IMG/VR virus record: IMGVR_UViG_3300045988_162656
Length of the DNA: 64,000 nucleotides
Source: a virus
Taxonomy: Duplodnaviria > Heunggongvirae > Uroviricota > Caudoviricetes
Strand: one strand, 5' to 3'
Below are positions 19,956-30,172 of this stretch, piece by piece. A program made the position numbers and the translations under genes. Below the pieces are notes generated by a model. It was not told the DNA's origin. It made no database searches and saw nothing but the letters and a program-made list of their open reading frames with translations. Position 1 is the stretch's first letter; the number at the start of each line of letters is the position of its first letter.

Positions 19956-20525
19956 TCAAATGAGAGACTTAAGAACATCGCGCACCTGGCGGAACTGATC
20001 TGTTTGCATACCGGTATGGATGGCAGCCACCGCATCAGCCAAATGTTCGTTTTTGTTCACGAGAACATCCTGTCCAGATTGCTTACGACGCAGCCACGGT
20101 GCTTTAGAGTGTTTTTTCGTAGCCCACTGGATAATCTCTTCTTTCGATGTAGTAAGTTTATTGCCGACAAAATGCTTGATTTCGTTTGGAGTAACCTGGA
20201 TCAATGGCTTATCCACACACGCAAGTACACCGATACAAATACCGTAAGACGTCTGCGAACGAGAGTTTTGGCTCCCAACCGGTAGCTCACAAAAAACCAT
20301 ATTTGCCTTATCAATGATTGGCTTCGCAACACGCCATATTTCACTGGCTCGGCGCAGATCGTCACTGTTCACACGAACGGTCTTTTTGTTACTCCCCGCT
20401 TTAGTCTCAACAAGAGTAAGGTCGTGAATCTCAAGTTCGTCCGTTTCAAGGTCTAAAGTGCCCACAGCAAGCCCAAAGTTGCTCATTGAGGGATCAACAC
20501 CAACTACGCTGATTTTTTTACTCAT
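19956..20525 (-). CDS. putative RuvC-like Holliday junction resolvase
   Basis: N-terminal VVGVDPSMSNFGLAV and C-terminal HLADAVAAIHTG resemble RuvC-fold catalytic motifs; SD AAGGAGA. Confidence 0.55.
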   Translation of the reverse strand: MSKKISVVGVDPSMSNFGLAVGTLDLETDELEIHDLTLVETKAGSNKKTVRVNSDDLRRASEIWRVAKPIIDKANMVFCELPVGSQNSRSQTSYGICIGVLACVDKPLIQVTPNEIKHFVGNKLTTSKEEIIQWATKKHSKAPWLRRKQSGQDVLVNKNEHLADAVAAIHTGMQTDQFRQVRDVLKSLI

Positions 20526-20534
20526 ATAGTCTCC

Positions 20535-21278
20535 TTACCATGTTCCCCATATAGGGTTTTCCAATAATCTCGCCTCCAACGAATTGGTTACTATTGCCGT
20601 TTGCAACGTTGGTTGGGGAGAGTTTGCAAAGTCTGAATACTCATTTTCCTGCGTGACACGTTTATCTACGGCATGTTTAACGCCACTTGCTATGAAATGA
20701 CGCATGATGCCCAACAGCCTCCGACTGTCTGCACTATCGTTTGCTAAAACATGCGGGAGCTGAAGTTCGATTTCTACCATTTCTCCATACTTACCAACAA
20801 ACTGTAGTTTGTCCGCACTGTACTTTTTATCCCTCCTTTGGATAAGGAAACCAGTAAAAGCATCACCTGGCGATGCCAAACTATCCACCCGCTTATTGGC
20901 AAGTCGAATAAGGTTGGTGAAAGCCATACAGTGATGCGCACCCATTCCCCCAAAGAACCCTTCGCTATTAATGTTAAGATCTTCATTTTCATGGGATGCA
21001 ATAAACCCAGGCCCGACGTTGGGAAGATATCCCCCCTCAACAAAAGGATTAATCAGGATCGGCGCAATACATCCAGGTGGTAGTGATTTCAAACTTTGCA
21101 TCAATGGCGTCTCGGATATTAGACCAAGCAACGCGGCAAATTGTACTCCGTCAATATTGTTGCTGCCCCACAGAATACGTGGAGCCGCACCATTGGAAGT
21201 ATGCCCATTGATCAGTTTTATCGACTGCATCACTGCAAATACCTGCAAAAACTGCGAGCGGCTTAATTTAAACGACAT
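20535..21278 (-). CDS. hypothetical protein
   Basis: ORF track; SD AAAGAGGGG; overlaps the SbcC-like stop. Confidence 0.5.
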   Translation of the reverse strand: MSFKLSRSQFLQVFAVMQSIKLINGHTSNGAAPRILWGSNNIDGVQFAALLGLISETPLMQSLKSLPPGCIAPILINPFVEGGYLPNVGPGFIASHENEDLNINSEGFFGGMGAHHCMAFTNLIRLANKRVDSLASPGDAFTGFLIQRRDKKYSADKLQFVGKYGEMVEIELQLPHVLANDSADSRRLLGIMRHFIASGVKHAVDKRVTQENEYSDFANSPQPTLQTAIVTNSLEARLLENPIWGTW

Positions 21279-23184
21279 AGCTGCGCCCCTCTTTAACTTC
21301 CAGCGTAATAGTTTCCCGGAACCATGACTTCATCTCTTTATGGGAGATAATCAGCACAGTACCTCGCTCGCGAGCTTTGGACTCCAGAATACCCATGAGG
21401 CGTTCAAGACCGGCTGTATCGAGTGCATCGTCAATTTCGTCGCCGATAAACAAATCGATGTTTTTACTCGCCCGGTTACTAACCAGATCCTGCAATGCCA
21501 AAGAACACGCAATGCGAACCTTCCGCTTCTCACCACCAGAGAGGGTCTGGAACGACTTACTTGAACCTTTCTTCTGCACACTAATGTTGAATTTGTCGCG
21601 ATACTCACCTTTTTTGGTGACATCCATCGTCGACCACTCAGCAGTAATATTCCCGTCAGACAACGTATTGAGATACTCGGCAGTGCGTGTATTCAGGAAA
21701 GGCGTAACAGACGTCAAAATATGAGAACGCACCCCGGCAGGAGAGTAGACCTGACGAGCTTTTTCCAATAGCAACGTTTGTTCCTGAATAGCCTTCAACT
21801 CATCTTTTAAGGACTTGAAGGTAGACTTACTGGATACCAGGTTATCTTCGTGTCTGGCGATAAGAGCAATAAACGGATTAATCTCTTTTGATATACGATC
21901 GACCTCAGTACGAGCACGAGTCACAAGAGACTCAATAGCAACAATCTCCTTCTCACGATGACGCAAAGATGAGAGTTGTTTCGTAAGCTCTTCAATCCGG
22001 GCAATGATAGCCGTTACATCAGGTGTCGTTTTAACAAGGGCAGACTCAATGCTTAACGCTTTCTCAAGATTCGTTTTGTGTTTAGCCATTGCCTCTGCAA
22101 GTGTCTTCGCCTGACCAATTTCCTGACGTGCTTGTTCAATGAAATTCTCCTTCACCGTTGATAGATCTTCTTCGCAGTAGGCTTTGCCACAAGTAGGGCA
22201 TGGTGATCCCACTTTAGTACCAACCTCTTCTGCTTTGGTCTTAAAATTACGCGCGCGGTTCATTGCATCAGCCTGACTATTTTCTGTAGCTTTGATGCTT
22301 GCCCGAATATCAGTTATCGCACCACGAACTTTGAGCAACTTGGCGTCATGTTCTTCTTTTGAGGCTAACTTTTTGCGCTCACTTTCGATTGCCTTCTCGG
22401 TATCACGGATCTGTTCGGGAAGAGTGCGGATCTCAAGTTCAACTTCCGTTAACTCAACTTCGGCACTTGCCAGCCCAGCCAGGGCATCGTCATAACGTTT
22501 AGAACGCTCTTGTTCCCATGATTCAGAGGAGGCTTTCGCGGACTCAATTTCTGACTGTGTTGCCTCAATGGTCGAGATTGTCGACTCCAATTTGGTTTTA
22601 ACCACATCCATACGTGCGGCAGCTGCATTAGCTCGCTCACGAGCAATAGCGTAGGCGCGTGTCAGTCTGTCAACGCCAGCGGCTTCTTCTACGATGGTTT
22701 TGAGGTTTTTGTCGGACATTCCAGGTAAATCTGGCATAGCTTCTTGGCTCGCATAGATGGAAGCCATGAAAACCTCTTTAGATGCACCGATCAGACGCTC
22801 GACGAACTCTTGCGTCAGCGCATCTTTGCCTTTCGTCATATCGCCGTCTTCACCACGAACGATAAGCCGATTTTTGAACTCTTTGTGTTTACGGTGACGA
22901 ATGATCGCATATCTCTTGCCTTCATCCTCGATGGTTACTGCAACACGACAGTTCTTTTCATGGTCGGTAGACAACACATCGTCACCCTTCACACCATGAG
23001 CTGTTTCGCCATAAAGACACCACATCAGGCTATTCATTAGCGTTGACTTTCCAGAGCCATTACTTGATGCGGAACTATCATCACTATTAACACCCTGAAT
23101 GAGCACTAAACCACGCTGATCTAACTCGACCTCCGCGCTGGCGATAGCCATAAAATTCTCAACCTGGAGCTTTAAAAACTTCAT
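21268..23184 (-). CDS. SbcC/Rad50-like SMC ATPase
   Basis: N-terminal Walker A GSGKST, long coiled-coil middle, C-terminal LSGGEKRKV signature and LFIGDEIDDALD Walker B. Confidence 0.7.
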   Translation of the reverse strand: MKFLKLQVENFMAIASAEVELDQRGLVLIQGVNSDDSSASSNGSGKSTLMNSLMWCLYGETAHGVKGDDVLSTDHEKNCRVAVTIEDEGKRYAIIRHRKHKEFKNRLIVRGEDGDMTKGKDALTQEFVERLIGASKEVFMASIYASQEAMPDLPGMSDKNLKTIVEEAAGVDRLTRAYAIARERANAAAARMDVVKTKLESTISTIEATQSEIESAKASSESWEQERSKRYDDALAGLASAEVELTEVELEIRTLPEQIRDTEKAIESERKKLASKEEHDAKLLKVRGAITDIRASIKATENSQADAMNRARNFKTKAEEVGTKVGSPCPTCGKAYCEEDLSTVKENFIEQARQEIGQAKTLAEAMAKHKTNLEKALSIESALVKTTPDVTAIIARIEELTKQLSSLRHREKEIVAIESLVTRARTEVDRISKEINPFIALIARHEDNLVSSKSTFKSLKDELKAIQEQTLLLEKARQVYSPAGVRSHILTSVTPFLNTRTAEYLNTLSDGNITAEWSTMDVTKKGEYRDKFNISVQKKGSSKSFQTLSGGEKRKVRIACSLALQDLVSNRASKNIDLFIGDEIDDALDTAGLERLMGILESKARERGTVLIISHKEMKSWFRETITLEVKEGRSYVV

Positions 23185-23413
23185 ATAACACCTTTGATAC
23201 CGTGTGTTAGCTTTTGACCTTCTTTCAATCAGAACTCCGTATGCGCCGGGAAGGATCTGCGCCTCAATACGCCTTTTCTGGTTAACCTTCCAAGATAAAA
23301 CGCTACGGGATTTCCTTGTGGCGGGTAGGGCTTGTGAAACATCACCGTCTGGCCTCGTTCAAGTCTTTTCATCGTGATGGCAAAGTCTCGAAAGCTCCCA
23401 TAACGACTTTGTC

Positions 23414-24499
23414 TCACACAGCCTCCGAACTCTCCGCTTCGGTGAGGATTTCCTGACACAAAATATCCAACTTGCTCAGATCAAATCCGCCGTCAGTATC
23501 GTGGACAATCTTGCAATAAGCAGATACCGACTCTCCCAGGCTATCGATTTTGCTGGTTTCAGTTGTGCTGGCTGTCCCTTCCATCATTGATGACTTACGG
23601 ATGAAGTTGCACACGACACCTTTTGCGCCCATTGTTTTGAGGATGTTCTGGTACTTAATGCCTTCTTCATCGTTCTCAATTACGGCGCGGAAACGCACGT
23701 AGTTGCCGCGAATTTGGTCATCAGCAACATCATCTTCCAGGTTAATGAATTTAGGCGCACTGGTTTCGTAGTGACTGAAACTGCCGTCCGGGTTTACGAT
23801 CATGTAACCAGCCAGAGATCCAACATCTCCCCAATTTTGATGGGTCAGTGCACCGACACTGATAACTCCAGGAATGACCTCTTTGTGGTTGTGGTAATGC
23901 CCACTAAGCACGAGACGAAAGCCGATATCCTTTAACTCCTGCGCATCGATACCGACGTCAGGCATTGTTGGAATGGCTTTGTTAATGGATGTATGGATAA
24001 CAACGTCATGATTATCACCTTCTACGCTCTTACGTAATGCTTTCAGATCGCTGATAAGCTCCGCATGATTGTTACGCCAGCTAATCAGGTGGACAGTCAC
24101 ATCACCAATTTTTATTGAGTGTGGGCGTTTGCCACATACGATTACCACGCCGATAGAACTCAGCGATGCTGCTGCGTTGGCGCTATATACTGAATCGTTG
24201 GTTTCAAGATCGTGATTACCGGCCAGCATTACTACTGTCAGATCAAGCTCGTTGATAATCCACTTGTACGTTTCAGTTACGTAATGCAAAACAGAAGGGG
24301 ACACAGTTCCTCGGACGTGAAATGTATCACCGGCAACCAACATGTACTTACAACCGGCCTTCTTCATGGCGATGGCTGCTTCTTTCGTTGCTTCCAACTG
24401 TATTTCAAGTCTGGAGTTAAGCCCCTCTGCGTTCGTCGTGGAGAACGCATCCCATTTGTGGTAGTGGCAGTCAGAAATGACGCCGTATGGCAAAGTCAT
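23414..24499 (-). CDS. SbcD/Mre11-like nuclease (calcineurin-like phosphoesterase)
   Basis: Motifs DCHYH, AGDTFH, LAGNHD, GHYH; immediately downstream of SbcC-like gene; conserved initiation region. Confidence 0.75.
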   Translation of the reverse strand: MTLPYGVISDCHYHKWDAFSTTNAEGLNSRLEIQLEATKEAAIAMKKAGCKYMLVAGDTFHVRGTVSPSVLHYVTETYKWIINELDLTVVMLAGNHDLETNDSVYSANAAASLSSIGVVIVCGKRPHSIKIGDVTVHLISWRNNHAELISDLKALRKSVEGDNHDVVIHTSINKAIPTMPDVGIDAQELKDIGFRLVLSGHYHNHKEVIPGVISVGALTHQNWGDVGSLAGYMIVNPDGSFSHYETSAPKFINLEDDVADDQIRGNYVRFRAVIENDEEGIKYQNILKTMGAKGVVCNFIRKSSMMEGTASTTETSKIDSLGESVSAYCKIVHDTDGGFDLSKLDILCQEILTEAESSEAV

Positions 24500-24753
24500 G
24501 TGTTTTTCCTTTGTGGTTATTTTGATACAAATTTTAAGAGCAATGAGAAGGTAAACAACTATGCATAACGGTATGTTAGGAATGAAACGAGCGTCTTAAT
24601 ATACAAAATTTATAAGTAAGTATATACCTATTTATTGTGGCGCAACTTTGCTTGTCTGTATGACTAAAAATAAGACAGGATCACTGTAGAACGCTATGAG
24701 AGCTATTTTGAGGAGGCGTAGATTCTATCTACGCCAATATACGATCTGGAGGG

Positions 24754-25398
24754 TTACAGCGCGTCAGTGGGCTTTTTACGCGCTGCGTTTATGCTTATGA
24801 CGCCAGCTTTTGGACGTGGGTCAACAAGGTTAAGCTCTTCTTCGCTGTGGTATTCGAGGTCGAACTCACGTTTTACATGTCTGATGTAGATTGCGGTGAG
24901 CAGGCTATCTTTGGTCAGAAAGTGTCCGTAGGATTTGCGGATCACTTCTTCTACCTTCTCGATTTTCTCACCACCCATACAGAGATGATTAAACCGGCTG
25001 TGTTTCCGCAACATTTCGTCTACTGGGCCTGAGTAAACCTTGTCTACTTTCCCAAAACGGATGATTTTTCCTGTGTCTGCGGATACGAGGCAAATCAGCT
25101 TGTCTGGTGATAAACGATCTCGCCACGTCACACCTGAACGGAGTGTGTTGAAGTAGGGGGCATCCAATCCGATGATCGGTTTACGAAATGCGAGTAATGG
25201 AACGTACCTGATGCAACTGTTTAAATGAAAATTCACACCAGCCTTATCAAGTTTAATTCTGGTTTCGTAGATCTGGCACTTCGCCGCTATACCGCAGATG
25301 TCACAAAGCAACTTCTGCTTATTCAGGTTGGAATTTGATTCGATAGTGTAGGAGCCGTCTTCAAGACGACGAACCCAGCGCGTGCGTTTTAGATCCAT
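24754..25398 (-). CDS. hypothetical protein (divergent from repA)
   Basis: ORF track; no recognised domain. Confidence 0.45.
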   Translation of the reverse strand: MDLKRTRWVRRLEDGSYTIESNSNLNKQKLLCDICGIAAKCQIYETRIKLDKAGVNFHLNSCIRYVPLLAFRKPIIGLDAPYFNTLRSGVTWRDRLSPDKLICLVSADTGKIIRFGKVDKVYSGPVDEMLRKHSRFNHLCMGGEKIEKVEEVIRKSYGHFLTKDSLLTAIYIRHVKREFDLEYHSEEELNLVDPRPKAGVISINAARKKPTDAL

Positions 25399-25439
25399 AT
25401 GTCATTTTTCTGTGATTGTTAGCCGAGGCAACGATAACC

Positions 25440-25705
25440 CACCAGGTGCGCCGAAGGTAGTAAATGCCTGTTTTAATTATTCACATATCCACAGGATAGA
25501 TCCTAATAAAGAGATCCATAGATAGATCCTTATATAGATCAAATAAGATCCCCGATCGCTGTAAGCCGCGCCACGACTGGTCTGAAGTCATGTTCATGTA
25601 TGCTGTCAGCGGTAATTGATAGTCTGTCAGCGGTTCACCGTATGCTGCCAACTGTTTTTGGTATTCTGTCAGCGGCAAATCAAGTATGCTGTCAGCGGTT
25701 GAATG
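25440..25705. promoter_or_regulatory. plasmid-type replication origin: DnaA-box-like site, GATC cluster and upstream iterons
   Basis: ATATCCACA (one mismatch to TTATCCACA) near 25485; five or six GATC within ~70 bp (25490-25560); about 5 copies/partials of TATGCTGTCAGCGGT at 25598-25700. Confidence 0.6.
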
Positions 25706-25719
25706 ACAAAGGTGTCCAC

Positions 25720-26814
25720 ATGTCCACAAAAAATAAAAAAGGTAAAAATAACAAAGAAGTAGAAGATAACATCGACAACTTTGAAGAAGGTTCCCTTGAA
25801 TTGTACACAGGGGAACTTGTCCCTAATAGCAACAATACAGTCCAACCAATTGCGTTGATGCGACTGGGGTTGTTCGTCCCCACGCTTAAGGGAACAAAAT
25901 ACAGTAAACGTAACAAGCCAAATGAGATCGATGCTTCAAAGGAGCTTGTCCAGCTCGAAGTAGCCCGTTCTGAAGGCTATTCCGATATCAAGATAACCGG
26001 TCCTCGTCTCGACATGGATCATGATTTCAAAACGTGGGTGGGCGTTGTGCGTTCGCTGGCAGAATACGGCGAACCTAACGGTCGTGTCGAGTTAAGCATC
26101 ACGAAATTTGCTAAGTTTTGTGGCTATCCATCGTCACAGATCCGCAAAACACTCCGCGACCGGCTTACAAACAGTCTTTTGAAGATCATGCGTACAACTC
26201 TGTCTTTCCAGAGAACGTATGAAGAAAAGAACGTCGACGGCTCTAACAAGATCTCGCTTCTGATGGTGCACCTCATCAATAGCGTGGACTACAACGAGCA
26301 GAAAGATACGGTGGTGTTCTATGCAGAACCGAAGCTGGCCGAACTATATCGCTTTGACCATAAGGTTCTTTTGCAGTTAAAGGTTATCAATAAGCTACCA
26401 CGCAAAGAAACAGCACAGGCTCTGTACACCTTCATCGAAAGTCTTCCAACCAAGCCTGCGCCGGTATCGCTTGCTCGATTGCGTGCGCGACTCAATTTGA
26501 GTAGCAGGAATGTCAGCTCGCAGAATCAGACTATACGTAACGGCTTAAAAGCTCTCCAAGATTTGGGCTATCTCGAATACAGCGAGATTAAGCGTGGGCG
26601 GTCGATCTATATCCAGATTCACAGCCGCAATCCAAAACTCAAAGTCGCACCGCCAAAACCTGAAGACATCGAACCCAAAAAACCAGATGAGAAAGCTGGG
26701 GAAATTGATGCCAAACAGAACATTATCAACAAGATAACCGAACTTTCGCAGAATTTGACGCCTGAAAATATCAAGATGATTGAGATCCTTTCCAATAGTC
26801 TCAAACTGCTTTGA
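25720..26814 (+). CDS. repA: iteron-binding plasmid replication initiator (RepA-like)
   Basis: Flanked by iteron arrays; ORF track start 25600 lies inside an iteron, so start set at ATG 25720 (MSTKNKK) with SD AAAGGTG. Confidence 0.7.
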   Translation: MSTKNKKGKNNKEVEDNIDNFEEGSLELYTGELVPNSNNTVQPIALMRLGLFVPTLKGTKYSKRNKPNEIDASKELVQLEVARSEGYSDIKITGPRLDMDHDFKTWVGVVRSLAEYGEPNGRVELSITKFAKFCGYPSSQIRKTLRDRLTNSLLKIMRTTLSFQRTYEEKNVDGSNKISLLMVHLINSVDYNEQKDTVVFYAEPKLAELYRFDHKVLLQLKVINKLPRKETAQALYTFIESLPTKPAPVSLARLRARLNLSSRNVSSQNQTIRNGLKALQDLGYLEYSEIKRGRSIYIQIHSRNPKLKVAPPKPEDIEPKKPDEKAGEIDAKQNIINKITELSQNLTPENIKMIEILSNSLKLL

Positions 26815-26931
26815 TATGCTGTCAGCGGTGAAATGTATGCTATCAGCGGCTATTTTTCTGAAAAGTATGCTGTGAACGGTTAAAGATATGCTACCAGCGG
26901 TATAGTGAGATGAACGTATGCTGTGAGCGGT
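26814..26931. repeat. iteron array (5 copies) downstream of repA
   Basis: (G/A)TATGCT(G/A)(T/C)(C/G)A(G/A)CGG(T/C) at ~26814, 26835, 26865, 26886, 26916; spacing alternates 21/30 bp. Confidence 0.8.
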
Positions 26932-27090
26932 AAATCATCTATCACCACTCAATGCTCTGTCATACCTCCCCAGTGGTTACTAACCTCGAAGAGTGCATTC
27001 CATATAGGTTTGCGCTCACTAACATTCTATTGCTATTGCGCTGATTGCTTGTAGTGAAAGGCATTTATTGCCTGCTACTCCCTGATAGAA

Positions 27091-27346
27091 CGTATGCTGT
27101 CAGCGGTGTTTTATTGAGGAATTTTTGTTTGGATATGCTATCAGCGGTAATTAATGGCATATGTCAGACATTCGTATGCTGCCAGCGGTAATTTTGTTCT
27201 GGTTATACCCATACCGGTACACATTATTCATGCAATGTCTTAAGTATGCTGTCAGCGGTAAAAAATCGAGTAAAGTATGCTGTGAGCGGTGAGATAGACT
27301 CTCGATATGCTATCAGCGGTAGTTGATTGTGTATGCTGTCAGCGGT
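27091..27346. repeat. second iteron array (about 7 copies), incA-like
   Basis: Same 16-bp repeat at ~27091, 27132, 27174, 27244, 27275, 27305, 27331. Confidence 0.8.
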
Positions 27347-27393
27347 GACGACTATGAAATATGACTGCGGAACGTGCCGCAGTCAGTTTGCAT

Positions 27394-27606
27394 TTAGTGT
27401 ATTTTCTTTAACAGACCCCAAAGTGTTCCGGCTTTTGTAGTCAGTTTTCCTGTTTCTGGATCGTACATACGCCATTCACGCCGCTGGTGGACGATATACC
27501 CATCTTCACGTTCCAGACGCTCAAGAATGCCAGGCTGCTTGAAACCCTTAGCACGCCAGTAGCCGCTTGTTTTCTCGATTTCCAGACCTGCCAGTGTTAA
27601 TGCCAT
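27394..27606 (-). CDS. hypothetical protein
   Basis: ORF track; start overlaps upstream stop. Confidence 0.4.
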   Translation of the reverse strand: MALTLAGLEIEKTSGYWRAKGFKQPGILERLEREDGYIVHQRREWRMYDPETGKLTTKAGTLWGLLKKIH

Positions 27607-27941
27607 TACCCAACCTCCTTGCAGTCATCGAAAAGGTAGCTTTGCTGAGAAGCGTGAACGCCATAGAAGCCCTTGTATTTGTTGTATACGAAGTGGTCTT
27701 CTCCGACGCCGGTTAATTTGCCATTACGATTTGTGAGATATGGGGATGACAACACTCGATCGTCACGCACAACATAGAACTGGTCGCCGCTGTCTACGAC
27801 CATCGCTCCATATGGTGCTTTTATGACGTCGGTAAGAGCGCCATTCTTAACGTCGGCTACAGACATTTCACACTGATAAACAGTGGTGTCGGCCACAACG
27901 ATCGAAGAAAGAAACAACAGCGCGAATGGGATGGTCTTCAT
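27606..27941 (-). CDS. small secreted protein
   Basis: Signal-peptide-like MKTIPFALLFLSSIVVA; SD AAAGAGGTGG. Confidence 0.5.
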   Translation of the reverse strand: MKTIPFALLFLSSIVVADTTVYQCEMSVADVKNGALTDVIKAPYGAMVVDSGDQFYVVRDDRVLSSPYLTNRNGKLTGVGEDHFVYNKYKGFYGVHASQQSYLFDDCKEVG

Positions 27942-28156
27942 GCTGCCACCTCTTTGATTACATCAAATGCTGAATTAAATACGAGCACGATAGCCAAAGC
28001 GTTTATGACTACGTCGTGCACCGGGGAAAAGACTTTACGAATGACACCAGTGAAAATGCAGTCGATGACAAAAGCTATTGAAACGATGAGTAACAAGTAT
28101 TCAATAAAAATCTTCATGATAGGTAGATACTAACTTATATAAACTTTACTGTAAAC

Positions 28157-28432
28157 TCACTCAAAAGTGCTGATGCTTAAAATACGCTCAAGATGTTCAG
28201 CATCTTCATTACTGATTTGTTGAGTCTCTTCTACGTACCAACAGTTGCCGTTATGCCAACAAACACCATCATCATCAACCATCACTGAATCAGCGTCATG
28301 ACCTGTATATTCAACAAGAGTACGCTGGATCAGCGCGTCAGTTTCTTCATCGTTAAGGCCATCGACTTTGACCATAAAAAGCGGAAACACGTCATAGACA
28401 GTGCTGGTAACGATTCGAACTAAAACTCTCAT
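28157..28432 (-). CDS. hypothetical protein
   Basis: ORF track; conserved initiation region AAAGGAAAAACACATG. Confidence 0.5.
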   Translation of the reverse strand: MRVLVRIVTSTVYDVFPLFMVKVDGLNDEETDALIQRTLVEYTGHDADSVMVDDDGVCWHNGNCWYVEETQQISNEDAEHLERILSISTFE

Positions 28433-28487
28433 GTGTTTTTCCTTTTGTGGTTAGTGTTTACTTATTTTGTTAGTTATGAATAGGCGA

Positions 28488-28913
28488 TCAATCTTCTTGG
28501 TTAGGGAAAAACTGTTCAATAACTCTGTCAACGGCTGTGTCTATATGGAGTAGATGCCACACAACCATATCTTTGCTTCCCATGCCTTGTGTGAATATCA
28601 CGTCATACTTACGCCATGCGCAGTGGAACCAATATGCTGAGTCATCAATTGGTAAATCCTCTCCCGCCTCTTTGAAGTATTTCAGCAGCATTGCCTGCTC
28701 TGCCGTTGGCGTTGGACCTATTTCCTGAGCGTACATACGGATGAATCGCTGCCAGTCTGTCTCGTCGGGGGTTGGATCTGGTGGGGTCATTTCTGCGATA
28801 GCGTTTCGTAGCTGATGCGCCCAATCAGGTTCAGGAAAGCCTTTTGCTACTTCATCATCAATAACATCCAGAGCCACGTTTGCGGCATCGTAGAGTTTCT
28901 TAATTGCTGCCAT
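28488..28913 (-). CDS. hypothetical protein
   Basis: ORF track; SD AAGGAGAAG. Confidence 0.5.
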   Translation of the reverse strand: MAAIKKLYDAANVALDVIDDEVAKGFPEPDWAHQLRNAIAEMTPPDPTPDETDWQRFIRMYAQEIGPTPTAEQAMLLKYFKEAGEDLPIDDSAYWFHCAWRKYDVIFTQGMGSKDMVVWHLLHIDTAVDRVIEQFFPNQED

Positions 28914-28974
28914 GTTTACTTCTCCTTATAAATAGGAAAATAATCACCTTTGAAAAAATAAAGCAAAGATATAT

Positions 28975-29364
28975 TCACTCCGATACAAGACGTTTATATG
29001 CTTCGATGTCTCGACGTGCTTCACCGAGTTTTCTTCTTAGGTCCATATTTTCTGATTCAAGTTTTTCAATGTTTTTTTGGTATCGGCCACGATGTTCTTC
29101 CCAGGCATCCTGATATGCCTTCATATATGTCGTATTAGCCTTTCTTTTTGCCTGACGAACCGCGTGGTGATTTTCTACAAACCAGTCAGGGTCGTTAAAT
29201 GCTGCTCTTGCGCATTTATACCAATAATCGGTTGACTCTCTGTTTAACCAATGAATGGTGATAAATGGTAATCGAATAGACAGAATTTTTCGTTTGGAAT
29301 CTCGCTCACCAAACATATGCCCTTTTTTTATCTTTAAACCGAACCCAGGTTGAATTAAAAGCAT
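28975..29364 (-). CDS. hypothetical protein
   Basis: ORF track; SD TGAGGTA. Confidence 0.45.
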   Translation of the reverse strand: MLLIQPGFGLKIKKGHMFGERDSKRKILSIRLPFITIHWLNRESTDYWYKCARAAFNDPDWFVENHHAVRQAKRKANTTYMKAYQDAWEEHRGRYQKNIEKLESENMDLRRKLGEARRDIEAYKRLVSE

Positions 29365-29384
29365 TGTCAGTACCTCAGATGCAT

Positions 29385-30125
29385 TTATGGCAGTAATTCT
29401 TTACCGCTTTCCATTTTGGTGATAGAGACAGTAGGATCATCGTTAATGCATGATTCTGTGCCTAATGCTGCTAACCCTTTACGCATAACCGTGCCCGCAA
29501 CATACGCCTCAATCTCCGCCTTTCCAGATGAGACAATTTCATCCATTTGTTCCTGCATTAATTCGGTAGCAAAGCACAGATTTTCAGGAAGGTTAGCTAC
29601 AGCAGATGCTAGTTTTCTATATAGTTCTTCAAGGTCACGTTTTCCAGCTCTTCCTTTTTTCACAAGTTCACCTAGCTCTGAAACTTGCTGATTAAGTCGA
29701 TCAATCTCACTATTCGTAGCGGCCTTTATTTGATCGTTGAATTTTTGCCGAATACTTTTTTGCTCGGCAATATCATGAACTCTAATTGAGTCTCCAATGG
29801 TTTTATATGAAATAGTGCATGGCACACCTTCGCCCACTCCAAAACTGCTAACCATAGCAGCCCATTGTGCCTGGCTAAGTCTAATTTCAACTAAAGGCCG
29901 TCTATTGCAACTTCTTTGTGGGCGGGTTCGTTCATTGTCTAAGGACAGTTCCGCCTCGTAAACGCCTATTTCAATATAGTCTCTATGTTCCAGTTCTGAA
30001 TCAAATAGGCGAATGCCAGTTGTGCTAACACGGCTTGTTTTCACAAGACCGAACGCTGGATGTGTTTGAATTTTTTCCCCATGTTTATTAAGGGTCGTTT
30101 TTGGTTCTTCAATTTTTCTTTTCAT
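29385..30125 (-). CDS. hypothetical protein
   Basis: ORF track; SD AGAGGT. Confidence 0.5.
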   Translation of the reverse strand: MKRKIEEPKTTLNKHGEKIQTHPAFGLVKTSRVSTTGIRLFDSELEHRDYIEIGVYEAELSLDNERTRPQRSCNRRPLVEIRLSQAQWAAMVSSFGVGEGVPCTISYKTIGDSIRVHDIAEQKSIRQKFNDQIKAATNSEIDRLNQQVSELGELVKKGRAGKRDLEELYRKLASAVANLPENLCFATELMQEQMDEIVSSGKAEIEAYVAGTVMRKGLAALGTESCINDDPTVSITKMESGKELLP

Positions 30126-30172
30126 CTTATTAACCTCTATGCTTCATGCGTAAAGCTAAATGACAATTTTTT

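Noticed and set aside
23229-23459. 76-aa minus-strand ORF between the SbcC-like and SbcD-like genes
   Set aside because: Overlaps the 3' end of the SbcD-like gene by 45 nt, has a GC-rich arginine-rich translation and no SD; likely non-coding spacer
25600-25719. ORF-track start of the repA ORF at 25600
   Set aside because: That start lies inside an iteron and the first 40 codons translate the repeat array; ATG 25720 with an SD is the likely true start
26814-27346. Regularly repeated 15-16 bp sequence that could be taken for a CRISPR array
   Set aside because: Repeats are too short for CRISPR, spacers are irregular (21/30 bp), there is no cas gene, and the arrays flank repA with a DnaA box and GATC cluster, so they are plasmid iterons
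27938-28117. 59-aa hydrophobic ORF upstream of the secreted-protein gene
   Set aside because: Its ATG directly abuts a dyad motif with no SD, so translation is doubtful
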